A stretch of 64,000 nt of DNA from Rhabdothermincola salaria. GTDB lineage: Bacteria; Actinomycetota; Acidimicrobiia; Acidimicrobiales; Acidimicrobilacustridaceae. Below are positions 1 to 11,159 of this stretch, in pieces. The translations under genes and the position numbers were made by a program. How positions within the stretch are numbered: position 1 is the stretch's first letter; each line of letters starts with the position of its first letter. Under the pieces are notes generated by a model. It saw only the letters and a list, made by a program, of their open reading frames with translations. It was not told the DNA's origin and did no database searches. The DNA is taken from positions 1 to 64,000 of the forward strand of contig NZ_JAJQXW010000005.1 in NCBI RefSeq assembly GCF_021246445.1, in the 5' to 3' direction.

Positions 1-99
1 TTGATCGCGCCGATCGCCATGGAAGAGGGTCTGCGTTTCGCCATTCGTGAGGGTGGTCGTACCGTGGGCGCCGGCCGCGTCACCAAGATCATCAAGTAA
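1..99 (+). CDS. tuf: Elongation factor Tu, C-terminal fragment (truncated by window edge)
   Basis: Frame 1 reads [32 protein letters not shown], the EF-Tu C-terminus; directly upstream of rpsJ. Confidence 0.97.
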   Translation: MIAPIAMEEGLRFAIREGGRTVGAGRVTKIIK

Positions 100-110
100 C
101 GGAAGCGACC

Positions 111-431
111 ATGGCTGACAAGCAGAAGATCCGTATCCGGCTCAAGGCGTACGACCACGAGATCGTCGACCAGTCGACGAAGAAGATCGTGGAGACGGTG
201 GTGCGCACGAGTGCCTCCGTGCGAGGCCCGGTGCCGCTGCCCACGGAGAAGCACCGCTTCACCGTGATCCGCTCGCCGCACAAGGACAAGGACTCCCGCG
301 AGCACTTCGAGATGCGGATCCACAAACGCCTGCTCGACATCGTCGACCCCACCCCGAAGACCGTCGATTCGCTGCAGCGCCTCGACCTCCCGGCCGGTGT
401 CGACATCGAGATCAAGATCCAGCAGGTCTGA
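111..431 (+). CDS. rpsJ: 30S ribosomal protein S10
   Basis: [11 protein letters not shown]...GPVPLPT...[21 protein letters not shown] motifs. Confidence 0.99.
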   Translation: MADKQKIRIRLKAYDHEIVDQSTKKIVETVVRTSASVRGPVPLPTEKHRFTVIRSPHKDKDSREHFEMRIHKRLLDIVDPTPKTVDSLQRLDLPAGVDIEIKIQQV

Positions 432-455
432 CGCCCGGCGTCGCCCCCGCAACCG

Positions 456-498
456 ACGCGAGAGAGCCCGGGTCCGAGGACCCGGGCTCTTCCGCGTT
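456..498 (+). terminator. Hairpin after rpsJ, probable intrinsic terminator
   Basis: Perfect 12-bp stem AGAGCCCGGGTC(463-474)/GACCCGGGCTCT(479-490), loop CGAG, extendable with ACGCG/CGCGT; weak U-tract. Confidence 0.7.
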
Positions 499-579
499 CG
501 GGGAAGGCGTGCACCTCCCGCCTACGATGCCATCTCGGCTCGACGACACCCGTCGAGCGACTGATCGGGGGAGTGGTTC

Positions 580-1362
580 ATGGGCCGCATGCAGGACAAG
601 GTCGCGCTCGTCACGGGAGGCTCGTCGGGGATCGGTGCCGCCTGTGTGGGCCGCTTCCGCGACGAGGGGGCCTACGTGGTGGCCGCCGACCTGAAGCCGG
701 CGGGGGAGGGGTTCGCCGAGCCCGACCTGTTCGTGGAGTGCGACGTCACCGACGAAGCAGCCGTGCAGGCCGCCGTCGCCGCGGCGACGGAGCACGCCGG
801 ACGGCTCGACACGGTGGTCACCTCGGCCGGGGTCGCCGGCGGCGGTCCGGTGCACTGGGTCGACAGCGCAGCGTGGGACCACGTGCTCGGCGTCAACCTC
901 AAGGGGACCTTCCTCACCGCCAAGCACGCCATCGCCCAGATGCTCACCCAGGAGCCGGTCGACGACGAGCGGGGCTCGGTCATCACCGTGGCCAGCGTCG
1001 AGGGCCTCGAGGGCACCGCCGGCGGGAGCGCCTACAACGCCTCGAAGGGCGGCGTGGTGCTACTCACCAAGAACATGGCCATCGACTACGGCCGCCAGGG
1101 CATCCGGGTCAACGCCATCTGCCCGGGCTTCATCGACACTCCCATGTTCCGCTCCCTCGGGGACCCCGAGAGCGACGAGATGCTCCTGGAGGTCCGCGAG
1201 GAGCACAAGCTGCGCCGCTTCGGCCGCCCCTCCGAACTCGCCGCCGTGGCCCTCTTCCTGGCCTCCCCCGACGCCTCGTTCGTCACCGGCCAGGCCATCG
1301 CCGTCGACGGCGGCTACACCGCCGGCCGCGACCACGGCGTCACCCAGCGCATGGGGCTCTGA
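580..1362 (+). CDS. Short-chain dehydrogenase/reductase (SDR)
   Basis: TGGSSGIG, YNASK, NAICPG, VDGG motifs; GGGGAG SD upstream. Confidence 0.93.
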   Translation: MGRMQDKVALVTGGSSGIGAACVGRFRDEGAYVVAADLKPAGEGFAEPDLFVECDVTDEAAVQAAVAAATEHAGRLDTVVTSAGVAGGGPVHWVDSAAWDHVLGVNLKGTFLTAKHAIAQMLTQEPVDDERGSVITVASVEGLEGTAGGSAYNASKGGVVLLTKNMAIDYGRQGIRVNAICPGFIDTPMFRSLGDPESDEMLLEVREEHKLRRFGRPSELAAVALFLASPDASFVTGQAIAVDGGYTAGRDHGVTQRMGL

Positions 1363-1550
1363 CATCTTGCTCCGGTCGGCAAGCCTCCCTGCGCCGGCTT
1401 CGCCGAAACGCGGGGCCGGTCTGAGCCTTCGTCGCTGCGCTCCTGCGGATGTCACGAGTCGTGACATCTTGCTCCGGTCGGCAAGCCTCCCTGCGCCGCC
1501 TTCGGCGAAACGCGAACGCTGACTGAGGCTCCGTCGCTGCGCTCCTCCGC
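1361..1550. repeat. Two imperfect ~88-bp direct repeats (repeat A; 1361-1448 and 1463-1550)
   Basis: Both start GACATCTTGCTCCGGTCGGCAAGCCTCCCTGCGCCG and contain CGAAACGCG and GTCGCTGCGCTCCT; internal hairpin CTTGC...GCAAG. Confidence 0.9.
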
Positions 1551-1741
1551 CTGTTGTGAGTTGACGACCCGCTCCATGGACTCGGGTCTGAGTGGGTTCC
1601 GGGGGGTGGCCCGCACCACTGGTTCTGACGCGCGCACGGGAGCGAGTGCGGCTCGGCGGCCGCACCTTGCGATCGATGAAGGGTTCGTCGGCCCATGCCG
1701 GAGCTCGACGAAGCTGCCGCTCTGAGCGACCGAGCACGTCA

Positions 1742-2059
1742 GGTTCTGGTGCGGGACAGGACCCGCCGGGACCCCGATGACCCGACCAGCGGTGAGTCGG
1801 AGGCGCCAGCGACCCGCCCACGCCGCGTCCCGAGGAGCGCAGCGAGGAGGGCGCCATGGACACGGTTCTGGTGCGGGGACAGGACCCGCCGGGACCCCGA
1901 GGACCCGACCAGCGGTGAGTCGGAGGCGCCAGCGACCCGCCCACGCCGCGTCCCGACGAGCGCAGCGAGGAGGGCGCCATGGACACGGTTCTGGTGCGGG
2001 ACAGGACCCGCCGGGACCCCGATGACCCGACCAGGGGTGAGTCGGAGGCGCCAGCGACC
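1742..2059. repeat. Tandem repeat B, ~2.6 copies of a 122-123 bp unit (1742-1863, 1864-1986, 1987-2059 partial)
   Basis: Near-identical units GGTTCTGGTGCGGG(G)ACAGGACCCGCCGGGACCCCGA...GAGCGCAGCGAGGAGGGCGCCATGGACAC. Confidence 0.95.
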
Positions 2060-2065
2060 GCCGGT

Positions 2066-2095
2066 TTGGATTTGTGGGGCGGGGACCGCTATCGT
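2066..2095 (+). promoter_or_regulatory. Putative housekeeping-sigma promoter for the rplC operon
   Basis: TTGGAT(2066-2071)-18 nt-TATCGT(2090-2095); same -10 hexamer as the groES promoter. Confidence 0.6.
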
Positions 2096-2308
2096 GCTCC
2101 CTTCGTGCGTCGGGCTCCCCCCGGAACACCGGCCGCACCTCTTCGTCGTTGTCAACCGACGTCTGCGACGGCCCGCCCCGGTGGGTACCCCGCAGCACAA
2201 CCGAATGGCGCTCCGCCGGGTCCTTCCCGAGCGGAGCGCTCGCGTGAATGCCCCACGTCCGAGTGGGGGAAGACGAACGCTGCATCCCACAGAAAGAACG
2301 TTGCCGGT

Positions 2309-2962
2309 ATGGCGAACAAGGCAGTAGTCGGCGAGAAGGTCGGCATGACCCAGGTCTGGGACGACGACAACCGTGTCGTCCCCGTGACCGTTGTCAGGGT
2401 CGAGCCGATGCGCGTCGTTCAGATCAAGACCAACGAGTCCGACGGGTACAACGCTCTGCAGGTCACCTTCGGCGACCGCGACGCCCGCAAGCTCAACAGC
2501 CCCGATCGGGGTCACTTCGAGACTGCCGGCGTGCAGCCCGGGAAGCGTCTGCTCGAGCTGCGGCTCGACGACGTCTCGGACTACGAGGTCGGCCAGGAGA
2601 TCACGGTCGACACCCTCGTCGCCGGTGAGCTCATCGACGTGACCGCCATCAGCAAGGGCAAGGGCTTCGCCGGCGTCATGAAGCGGCACAACTTCGCCGG
2701 TCAGCGGGCCAGCCACGGTGCCCACCGCGTGCACCGGGCCCCGGGCGCCATCGGCGCCTGCGCCACACCGGCTCGGGTGTTCAAGGGCACCCGCATGGCC
2801 GGTCGCATGGGCGCCGAGAAGGTCACCACGCTGAACCTGAAGGTGGTCTCGGCCGACGCCGAGAAGAACCTCCTGCTGGTGCGGGGCGCCGTACCCGGAC
2901 CGAAGGGCGGCCTCGTGGTCATCCGTGATGCCGTGAAGGCTGCGACCAAGGGTGGTGCGTGA
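2309..2962 (+). CDS. rplC: 50S ribosomal protein L3
   Basis: [15 protein letters not shown]...[15 protein letters not shown]...[10 protein letters not shown] 2309 taken as start, not ORF-track 1979. Confidence 0.97.
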   Translation: MANKAVVGEKVGMTQVWDDDNRVVPVTVVRVEPMRVVQIKTNESDGYNALQVTFGDRDARKLNSPDRGHFETAGVQPGKRLLELRLDDVSDYEVGQEITVDTLVAGELIDVTAISKGKGFAGVMKRHNFAGQRASHGAHRVHRAPGAIGACATPARVFKGTRMAGRMGAEKVTTLNLKVVSADAEKNLLLVRGAVPGPKGGLVVIRDAVKAATKGGA

Positions 2963-3600
2963 TGGCGTCGGTGACCGTCAAGACCTCGTCCGGCGCCGAT
3001 GCCGGCACGGTCGACCTCGATGAGGCGATCTTCGGCATCGAGCCGAACGTCCCGGTCATGCACCAGGTCGTGACCGCCCAGCTCGCCGCCCGACGGGCCG
3101 GCACCCAGAGCACCAAGACCCGCGCCGAGGTTCGTGGCGGCGGGGCCAAGCCCTGGAAGCAGAAGGGCACCGGCCGGGCCCGGGCGGGCTCCACCCGCAG
3201 CCCCATCTGGATCGGTGGCGGCGTGGCCCATGCGCCCAAGCCCCGCTCCTACGCCCAGCGCACCCCCAAGAAGATGATCCGCCTGGCGCTGCGCTCGGCC
3301 CTGTCCGACCGTGCCGCCGAGGGCAACGTCCACGTCGTCGCCGAGTGGGGCTTCGACACCCCGAGCACCAAGGGCGCCATCGCCGCCCTGGCCGCTCTCG
3401 GCGCCGAGGGCCGCGTGCTCGTGGTGCTCTCCCGTGACGACGTCGTCGCCTACAAGAGCTTCCGCAACCTCCAGAACGTCCACGTCCTCGAGGTCGGCGA
3501 GCTCAACACCTACGACGTGCTCGTGAACGACTGCGTCGTGTTCACCAGCCAGACCCTGCCGACGGCCACGCCGACGGCCGATGCCGAGGCAGCCTCGTGA
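2962..3600 (+). CDS. rplD: 50S ribosomal protein L4
   Basis: [32 protein letters not shown] overlap with rplC. Confidence 0.97.
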   Translation: MASVTVKTSSGADAGTVDLDEAIFGIEPNVPVMHQVVTAQLAARRAGTQSTKTRAEVRGGGAKPWKQKGTGRARAGSTRSPIWIGGGVAHAPKPRSYAQRTPKKMIRLALRSALSDRAAEGNVHVVAEWGFDTPSTKGAIAALAALGAEGRVLVVLSRDDVVAYKSFRNLQNVHVLEVGELNTYDVLVNDCVVFTSQTLPTATPTADAEAAS

Positions 3601-3887
3601 AGAACCCACGCGACGTCATCATCCGACCGGTGGTGAGCGAGAAGAGCTACGGCCTGCTCGACGCCAACGTCTACACCTTCATCGTGCATCCCGAGGCCTC
3701 CAAGCCCGAGATCCACGACGCCATCGAGTCGATCTTCGATGTGCGCGTCCTGAAGGTGAACACCCTCAACCGCAACGGCAAGCGCAAGCGCAACCGTCGC
3801 ACCGGTACCTGGGGGTCCCGACCCGACACCAAGCGCGCCTTCGTCACCCTCGCCGACGGCGACCGCATCGATCTGTTCGAGGGGTAG
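3597..3887 (+). CDS. rplW: 50S ribosomal protein L23
   Basis: [26 protein letters not shown] start; operon position. Confidence 0.97.
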   Translation: MKNPRDVIIRPVVSEKSYGLLDANVYTFIVHPEASKPEIHDAIESIFDVRVLKVNTLNRNGKRKRNRRTGTWGSRPDTKRAFVTLADGDRIDLFEG

Positions 3888-3893
3888 GACACG

Positions 3894-4730
3894 ATGGCTC
3901 TCCGCAAGCGCAAGCCCACCAGCGCCGGCCGCCGGTTCCAGACGGTCTCGGACTTCTCCGAGATCACCTCGACCGAGCCCGAGCGCTCCCTGCTGGCCCC
4001 CAAGTCCAAGACCGGCGGCCGCAACAGCTACGGCCGCAAGACCGCCCGCCACAAGGGTGGCGGCCACAAGCAGCGCTACCGCGTGGTCGACTTCCGTCGC
4101 ACCAAGGACGGCGTGCCCGCCTCGGTGGCCACGATCGAGTACGACCCCAACCGCACCTGTCGCATCGCCCTGCTGCACTACCACGACGGCGAGAAGCGCT
4201 ACATCCTGGCGCCACGCGACGTGAAGGTCGGCGACGTGCTCCAGAGCGGCCAGGGCGCCGACATCCGCCCCGGCAATGCCCTGCCGCTGCGCTACATCCC
4301 GGTCGGTACCGTGATCCACAACGTCGAGCTCAAGCCCGGCGGCGGCGGCAAGATGGCCCGCAGCGCCGGTGCGAGCGTCCAGCTCGTGGCCAAGGAAGGC
4401 GACTTCGCCACCCTGCGCCTCCCGTCCACCGAGATGCGCCGCGTGCCGATCGACTGCCGGGGCACGGTGGGTGAGGTCGGCAACGCCGAGCACGAGCTCA
4501 TCAAGATCGGAAAGGCCGGCCGCAACCGCTGGAAGGGCGTCCGCCCCCAGACCCGTGGTGTGGCCATGAACCCGGTCGACCATCCCCACGGCGGTGGCGA
4601 GGGCAAGACCTCGGGTGGTCGTCACCCGGTGTCCCCCTGGGGCCAGCCAGAGGGCCGAACCCGCGACAAGAACAAGCCGTCGCAGAAGCTCATCGTCCGC
4701 CGACGCCGCACCCGCGGCTCGCGCCGATAG
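3894..4730 (+). CDS. rplB: 50S ribosomal protein L2
   Basis: [24 protein letters not shown]. Confidence 0.99.
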   Translation: MALRKRKPTSAGRRFQTVSDFSEITSTEPERSLLAPKSKTGGRNSYGRKTARHKGGGHKQRYRVVDFRRTKDGVPASVATIEYDPNRTCRIALLHYHDGEKRYILAPRDVKVGDVLQSGQGADIRPGNALPLRYIPVGTVIHNVELKPGGGGKMARSAGASVQLVAKEGDFATLRLPSTEMRRVPIDCRGTVGEVGNAEHELIKIGKAGRNRWKGVRPQTRGVAMNPVDHPHGGGEGKTSGGRHPVSPWGQPEGRTRDKNKPSQKLIVRRRRTRGSRR

Positions 4731-4745
4731 GGAGAGACGCCGAAC

Positions 4746-5024
4746 ATGCCTCGCAGCCTCAAGAAGGGCCCGTTCGTCGACGACCACCTGCTCAAGAAGG
4801 TCGACGATCTGAACGACAAGAACGAAAAGCGCGTGATCAAGACCTGGTCGCGTCGCTCCACGGTCATCCCCGAGATGGTCGGTCACACCATCGCCGTCCA
4901 CGACGGCCGCAAGCACGTGCCGGTGTACATCACCGAGTCGATGGTCGGGCACAAGCTCGGCGAGTTCGCCCCGACGCGCACGTTCAAGTTCCATGCCGGC
5001 CAAGAGAAGAAGGGACGCCGCTGA
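4746..5024 (+). CDS. rpsS: 30S ribosomal protein S19
   Basis: [12 protein letters not shown]...[10 protein letters not shown]. Confidence 0.99.
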   Translation: MPRSLKKGPFVDDHLLKKVDDLNDKNEKRVIKTWSRRSTVIPEMVGHTIAVHDGRKHVPVYITESMVGHKLGEFAPTRTFKFHAGQEKKGRR

Positions 5025-5766
5025 TGGCCTTCGGCGTCAAGACGAACGAGCGCCCCGGCGTGCGCTCCCAGGTGCGCCACGTGCGCACCTCGGCCTACAA
5101 GGCCCGCGAGGTGCTCGACCTGATCCGCGGCCTTCCCGCGGCCCGGGCCCTCGAGGTGCTCGAGTTCTCCGAGCGCGACATCGCCCGCACCATCCTCAAG
5201 TGCCTCGAGTCGGCCATCGCCAACGCCGAGCACAACAACTCGATCCCCGCCGACGAGCTCTTCGTCTCTGCGTGCTACGCCGACGAGGGTCCGACGATGA
5301 AGCGCTGGCGCCCCCGGGCCCGCGGCCGGGCCACCCGGATCCGCAAGCGCACCACCCACATCACCATCATCGTGAGCCGTCTCGAGCCGGAGGCCCTCGC
5401 CGCCCTGCGCGAGCGGGAGGCGTCCACCGGGGCCGGCCGCACCGGTCGGGCCGCCGCCGACGCTCGCCGTGAGCGGGTGGCGCGCAGCCGCCAGGCCAAG
5501 GCCGAGCGCAAGACCGACGACCACGACCACGACCACGATCACGACCACGATCACGATCACGATCACGACGAGGCCAACGAGGCCGATGTGGCCGAGCAGG
5601 CGCAGCCGGCCACGGCCGAGCCGACGCCCGACGTGGTCGACGACGTGGCGACCGACGAGGCCAACGAGGCCGACGTCGCCGAACAGGCCGAGCCGGCCAC
5701 GGCCGAGCCGACCCCTGCCGACGAGCAGGCGGATGCGGCCGCCGAGGCCGAAGGGAAGGACAGCTG

Positions 5767-5767
<1 letters not shown>
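5024..5767 (+). CDS. rplV: 50S ribosomal protein L22 with long acidic, His-Asp-repeat C-terminal extension
   Basis: [26 protein letters not shown] core; 247 aa vs ~115 aa core. Confidence 0.97.
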
Positions 5768-6693
<926 letters not shown>

Positions 6694-6696
6694 ATC

Positions 6697-7113
6697 ATGT
6701 TGATGCCCAGGAAGGTCAAGCACCGCAAGCAGCAGCGCGGTCGTCTCAAGGGGAAGGCCAAGGGTGGCACCGATGTCACCTTCGGCGACTACGGCATCCA
6801 GGCCCTCGAGCCCGGGTGGATCACCGCCCGCCAGATCGAGGCCGCCCGTATCGCCATGACCCGCCACATCAAGCGTGGCGGCAAGGTCTGGATCAACGTG
6901 TTCCCGGACAAGCCGGTCACCCAGAAGCCGGCCGAGACCCGCATGGGGTCGGGCAAGGGCAACCCCGAGAAGTGGGTCGCCGTCGTCAAGCCCGGCCGCA
7001 TCCTGTTCGAGCTGTCCTACAACGACCCCGAGATCGCCCGTGCGGCCATCGAGCGGGCCATCCAGAAGCTGCCGATCAAGGCCCGCTTCGTCGTCCGGGA
7101 GGAGGGGTTCTGA
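6697..7113 (+). CDS. rplP: 50S ribosomal protein L16
   Basis: [19 protein letters not shown]. Confidence 0.99.
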   Translation: MLMPRKVKHRKQQRGRLKGKAKGGTDVTFGDYGIQALEPGWITARQIEAARIAMTRHIKRGGKVWINVFPDKPVTQKPAETRMGSGKGNPEKWVAVVKPGRILFELSYNDPEIARAAIERAIQKLPIKARFVVREEGF

Positions 7114-7346
7114 TGGCCAAGACCAAGGAATCACTTCGCGACGTCAGTGACACCGAGCTCTTCACCAAGCTCGCCGAGGCCAAGGAAGAGCTGTTCAACC
7201 TGCGCTTCCAGAACGTCACCGGCCAGCTGGAGAACTCGTCACGGCTCGGCATCGTGCGCAAGCAGATCGCCCGGCTCAACACTGAGCTCCGGGAACGTGA
7301 GATCGCCGCCGCCGAGGCGCTGGCGGCCCAAGAGGAGACCGACTGA
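7113..7346 (+). CDS. rpmC: 50S ribosomal protein L29
   Basis: [18 protein letters not shown]...IARLNT; ATG overlaps rplP stop. Confidence 0.96.
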   Translation: MAKTKESLRDVSDTELFTKLAEAKEELFNLRFQNVTGQLENSSRLGIVRKQIARLNTELREREIAAAEALAAQEETD

Positions 7347-7630
7347 TGGCTGACGAGACCGCGGCCACCGCTGAGACCCGCCCGAACCCCCGCAAGACCC
7401 GCGAGGGACTCGTCGTTTCGGCGGCCATGGACAAGACGGCGGTCGTCGCCGTCACCGACCGGGTGCGTCACCCCCGGTACAACAAGACCGTCCAGCGCAC
7501 CGCCCGGCTGTACGTGCACGACGAGGCCAACGACCTCAACGTGGGCGACCGGGTGCGCATCCAGGAGACCCGGCCGCTGTCGAAGCTCAAGCGCTGGCGC
7601 CTCCTCGACGTGGTGGAGCGTGCCCGATGA
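7346..7630 (+). CDS. rpsQ: 30S ribosomal protein S17
   Basis: [24 protein letters not shown]. Confidence 0.98.
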   Translation: MADETAATAETRPNPRKTREGLVVSAAMDKTAVVAVTDRVRHPRYNKTVQRTARLYVHDEANDLNVGDRVRIQETRPLSKLKRWRLLDVVERAR

Positions 7631-7995
7631 TCCAACAGGAGAGCCGACTTCGCGTCGCCGACAACAGCGGCGCCAAGGAGGTGCTGTGCATCAAGGTGCT
7701 CGGCGGCTCCCGTCGTCGCTACGCCTCCATCGGTGACGTCTTCGTGGCCACCGTCAAGGACGCCATGCCCGGTGCCGCCGTCAAGAAGGGCGACGTCGTC
7801 AAGTGCGTCGTGGTGCGGGTGAAGAAGGAGAAGCGTCGTCCGGACGGCTCCTACATCCGCTTCGACGAGAACGCCGCCGTGCTCATCAACGACAACATGC
7901 AGCCACGGGGCACCCGCATCTTCGGGCCCGTGGGGCGCGAGCTGCGCGACAAGAAGTTCATGCGCATCGTGTCGCTGGCACCGGAGGTGCTGTGA
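7627..7995 (+). CDS. rplN: 50S ribosomal protein L14
   Basis: [17 protein letters not shown]...SLAPEVL. Confidence 0.99.
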   Translation: MIQQESRLRVADNSGAKEVLCIKVLGGSRRRYASIGDVFVATVKDAMPGAAVKKGDVVKCVVVRVKKEKRRPDGSYIRFDENAAVLINDNMQPRGTRIFGPVGRELRDKKFMRIVSLAPEVL

Positions 7996-8306
7996 TGAAG
8001 ATCCGCAAGGGTGACCGTGTCCAGGTCCTGACCGGCAAGGACCGGGGCAAGACCGGCGTCGTCAGCCGATCCATCCCCGACCGGGGCAAGGTGATCGTCG
8101 ACGGCGTGAACATCGCCAAGAAGCACCAGAAGCCCACCAGCGCCACGACCCAGGGCGGCATCATCGACAAGGAGATGCCGATCCCGGTGGCCAACGTGGC
8201 CATCATCTGCAACTCGTGCGGCAAGCCGACCCGCATCGGCTACCGCATCGAGGGCGACGGGTCGAAGGTGCGCATCTGCCGCAAGTGTGAGGGTGATCTG
8301 TCGTGA
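7995..8306 (+). CDS. rplX: 50S ribosomal protein L24
   Basis: [22 protein letters not shown] motif; two CxxC pairs. Confidence 0.97.
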   Translation: MKIRKGDRVQVLTGKDRGKTGVVSRSIPDRGKVIVDGVNIAKKHQKPTSATTQGGIIDKEMPIPVANVAIICNSCGKPTRIGYRIEGDGSKVRICRKCEGDLS

Positions 8307-8875
8307 CCGCCGCAACCGCCACCGTGCCGCGCCTCAAGCAGCGCTACAACGACGAGGTCCGGGCGTCGCTCAAGGAGCAGCTCGGCCTCGAGAACATCAT
8401 GCAGGTCCCGCGCTTCGAGAAGATCGTCCTCAACTCGGGCGTGGGTCAGGCCCTGCAACAGCAGTCCCTGATCGAAGGGGCCGTGCGAGACCTCGAGGCC
8501 ATCACCGGCCAGAAGGTCGTGGTCACCAAGGCCAAGAACTCCATCGCCGGCTTCAAGCTCCGCGAGGGCAACGCCATCGGCGTGAAGGTCACCCTCCGGG
8601 GCGATCGCATGTGGGAGTTCCTCGACCGGCTGATCAGCCTGGCCATCCCCCGCATCCGCGACTTCCGAGGCCTTCCGGCCACGTCGTTCGACGGCCGGGG
8701 CAACTACACGTTCGGTGTCTCCGAGCAGCTCATGTTCCCGGAGATCGAGTACGACAAGATCGACGTCCCTCGCGGCTTCGACATCACGATCGTCACCACC
8801 GCCCGTTCCAACGCCGAGGGCAAGGCCCTGCTCGATGCCTTCGGCTTCCCGTTCAAGCGTGAGGGGCAGCAGTAA
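8303..8875 (+). CDS. rplE: 50S ribosomal protein L5
   Basis: [18 protein letters not shown]. Confidence 0.98.
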   Translation: MTAATATVPRLKQRYNDEVRASLKEQLGLENIMQVPRFEKIVLNSGVGQALQQQSLIEGAVRDLEAITGQKVVVTKAKNSIAGFKLREGNAIGVKVTLRGDRMWEFLDRLISLAIPRIRDFRGLPATSFDGRGNYTFGVSEQLMFPEIEYDKIDVPRGFDITIVTTARSNAEGKALLDAFGFPFKREGQQ

Positions 8876-9060
8876 TGGCCAAGAAGGCGCTCATCAACAA
8901 GCAGCAGCGCACACCCAAGTTCAAGGTGCGTGGCTACACCCGCTGCCAGCGCTGCGGTCGTCCGCACGCCGTCTACCGCAAGTTCCTGCTGTGCCGCGTG
9001 TGCCTACGCGAGCTCGGCCACGCCGGGGAGATCCCCGGCCTCAAGAAGGCCAGCTGGTGA
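8875..9060 (+). CDS. rpsN: 30S ribosomal protein S14, zinc-binding type Z
   Basis: 61 aa; RCQRCGR...LCRVCLR. Confidence 0.97.
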   Translation: MAKKALINKQQRTPKFKVRGYTRCQRCGRPHAVYRKFLLCRVCLRELGHAGEIPGLKKASW

Positions 9061-9073
9061 AGGAGGCCGTTCG

Positions 9074-9478
9074 ATGACCATGACCGACCCCATCGCCGAC
9101 ATGCTGACCCGCATCCGCAACGCCAACACGGCGATGCACGATGACGTTCGCATGCCCTCTTCCAAGGTGAAGGAAGCTCTCGCCACCCTCCTGTTGAAGG
9201 AGGGCTACATCGAGGACTTCACCGTCGCCGACGACCCCGGTCGTCCGGGACGGGTCCTCACCGTCACCATGAAGTACTCCCCCGAGCGCAAGCGCGTGAT
9301 CTCCGGGGTGAAGCGCGTGTCCAAGCCGGGCCTGCGCGTCTACATCAAGGCCGACAAGATCCCTCGGGTTCTCGGCGGCCTCGGTGTGGCAGTCCTGTCC
9401 ACCAGCCAGGGGCTCATGACCGACCGTGAGGCGCGCAAGCGCCGCATGGGCGGCGAGATCCTCTGCTACGTCTGGTAG
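9074..9478 (+). CDS. rpsH: 30S ribosomal protein S8
   Basis: [32 protein letters not shown]. Confidence 0.98.
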   Translation: MTMTDPIADMLTRIRNANTAMHDDVRMPSSKVKEALATLLLKEGYIEDFTVADDPGRPGRVLTVTMKYSPERKRVISGVKRVSKPGLRVYIKADKIPRVLGGLGVAVLSTSQGLMTDREARKRRMGGEILCYVW

Positions 9479-9488
9479 AGGAGCCACC

Positions 9489-10028
9489 ATGTCCCGAATC
9501 GGACGCGCTCCGATCCCCGTGCCCGCCGGTGTCGACGTCACCGTCGCCGGTCGCCACATCACCGTCAAGGGCCCCAAGGGCACCCTCGAACGCGACATCC
9601 CCGAGCTGATCACGGTGCGCCAGGACGAGGGCCAGCTCCTCGTCGAGCGCCCCAACGACGAGCGCGAGAGCCGGGCCCTGCACGGGCTGGTCCGCTCGCT
9701 GGTCAACAACATGGTCGTCGGTGTGAGCGAGGGCTTCCGCAAGGACCTCGACATCGTGGGTGTCGGCTACCGCGCCACCGCCAAGGGCAACGACGCGCTC
9801 GAGCTGGCGCTCGGCTTCAGCCACCCGGTCAGCGTCAAGGCCCCCGAGGGCATCACCTTCGAGGTGGCCAGCCCCACCACCATCGGCGTCGTCGGCGTCG
9901 ACAAGGAAGCCGTGGGCCAGGTCGCCGCCAACATTCGAGCCATCCGCAAGCCCGAGCCCTACAAGGGCAAGGGCGTCCGGTACCGCGACGAGCACGTGGT
10001 CCGCAAGGCGGGCAAGGCCGGGAAGTAG
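9489..10028 (+). CDS. rplF: 50S ribosomal protein L6
   Basis: [17 protein letters not shown]. Confidence 0.98.
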   Translation: MSRIGRAPIPVPAGVDVTVAGRHITVKGPKGTLERDIPELITVRQDEGQLLVERPNDERESRALHGLVRSLVNNMVVGVSEGFRKDLDIVGVGYRATAKGNDALELALGFSHPVSVKAPEGITFEVASPTTIGVVGVDKEAVGQVAANIRAIRKPEPYKGKGVRYRDEHVVRKAGKAGK

Positions 10029-10033
10029 GAACC

Positions 10034-10399
10034 ATGAGTGACAGTGCCAAGCAGAAGCGTGACGCCCGGCTCCGCCGCCATCGCCGCGTGCGCAAGCACG
10101 TCCGGGGCACGACCGAACGGCCGCGCCTCGCGGTGTTCCGGTCCAACCGTCACATCACCGCCCAGGTGATCGACGACACCAGCGGGCGCACCCTCGCCTC
10201 CGCCTCCACCATCGAGGCCACCGTCGGTGCCGAGGGCACCGGCAACATCGCCGCCGCCACCGAGGTGGGCCGACTCGTCGCCGAGCGGGCCAAGACCGCC
10301 GGTGTCGACAAGGTCGTCTTCGACCGAGGCGGCTTCCTCTACCACGGCCGCGTGGCCGCAGTGGCCGACGCCGCCCGAGACGCGGGACTGGAGTTCTGA
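10034..10399 (+). CDS. rplR: 50S ribosomal protein L18
   Basis: [24 protein letters not shown]. Confidence 0.98.
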   Translation: MSDSAKQKRDARLRRHRRVRKHVRGTTERPRLAVFRSNRHITAQVIDDTSGRTLASASTIEATVGAEGTGNIAAATEVGRLVAERAKTAGVDKVVFDRGGFLYHGRVAAVADAARDAGLEF

Positions 10400-10965
10400 T
10401 GGCCCCCAACGACTTCGACGCCCTCCCCCTGCGGGAGTCACGCGTCATCAACATCAACCGAGTGGCCAAGGTCGTGAAGGGTGGCCGTCGCTTCTCCTTC
10501 ACCGCCCTCGTGGTGATCGGCGACGGTGCCGGCCACGTCGGCCTCGGCTACGGCAAGGCCAAGGAGGTGCCCCTCGCCATCCAGAAGGGCACCGAGGAGG
10601 CGCGCAAGAACCTCTTCGCCGTCCCGCTGGCCGGTTCCACCATCACCCACCCCATCCTCGGCCGCATGGGTGCCGGACGCGTGCTGCTCAAGCCGGCGGC
10701 GCCCGGTACCGGCGTCATCGCCGGTGGCGCGGCTCGCGCCATCCTCGAAGAAGCCGGCATCCACGACGTGCTCTGCAAGTCCCTGGGCTCGTCGAACCAC
10801 ATCAACGTGGCCCGGGCCACCATCGCCGGTCTCCAGGAGCTCAAGCGCCCCGACGAGATCGCCAAGCTCCGGGGGCTGTCGCCCGAGGAGTTCGTGCCCA
10901 AGGGCCTGCTCGAGGCCTACAAGGAATCCGAGCGGGGCCCGCACGTGCCGAACGAGGTCGCGTGA
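10399..10965 (+). CDS. rpsE: 30S ribosomal protein S5
   Basis: [24 protein letters not shown]. Confidence 0.98.
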   Translation: MAPNDFDALPLRESRVININRVAKVVKGGRRFSFTALVVIGDGAGHVGLGYGKAKEVPLAIQKGTEEARKNLFAVPLAGSTITHPILGRMGAGRVLLKPAAPGTGVIAGGAARAILEEAGIHDVLCKSLGSSNHINVARATIAGLQELKRPDEIAKLRGLSPEEFVPKGLLEAYKESERGPHVPNEVA

Positions 10966-11159
10966 TGTCCGCCCTCAAGGTGACCCAGGTGAAGTCCTCC
11001 ATCGGCACCAAGCCGAAGCACCGAGGCACCCTGCGGGCTCTCGGGCTGCGCGGGATCGGCAAGACCAACACCCTGCCCGACCGCCCCGAGATCCGCGGCA
11101 TGATCGCCCGGGTGCCCCACCTCGTGACCGTCGAAGAGATCAAGGACGATGCGTCGTGA
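10965..11159 (+). CDS. rpmD: 50S ribosomal protein L30
   Basis: LKVTQVKSSIG...LRALGLR...RGMI. Confidence 0.95.
   Translation: MSALKVTQVKSSIGTKPKHRGTLRALGLRGIGKTNTLPDRPEIRGMIARVPHLVTVEEIKDDAS

Noticed and set aside
1742..2059. Possible CRISPR array
   Set aside because: Units are contiguous 122-123 bp near-identical tandem copies without unique spacers; no cas genes in the window.
1979..2308. 110-aa N-terminal extension of L3 as the annotated start
   Set aside because: L3 homology starts at ATG 2309 and a promoter-like sequence lies inside the extension; kept only as a low-interest finding.
1060..2734. Several ORFs across the repeat block (e.g. 1060-1986 -, 1452-2285 -, 1695-2327 +)
   Set aside because: Translations merely mirror the DNA repeats; no recognisable domains.
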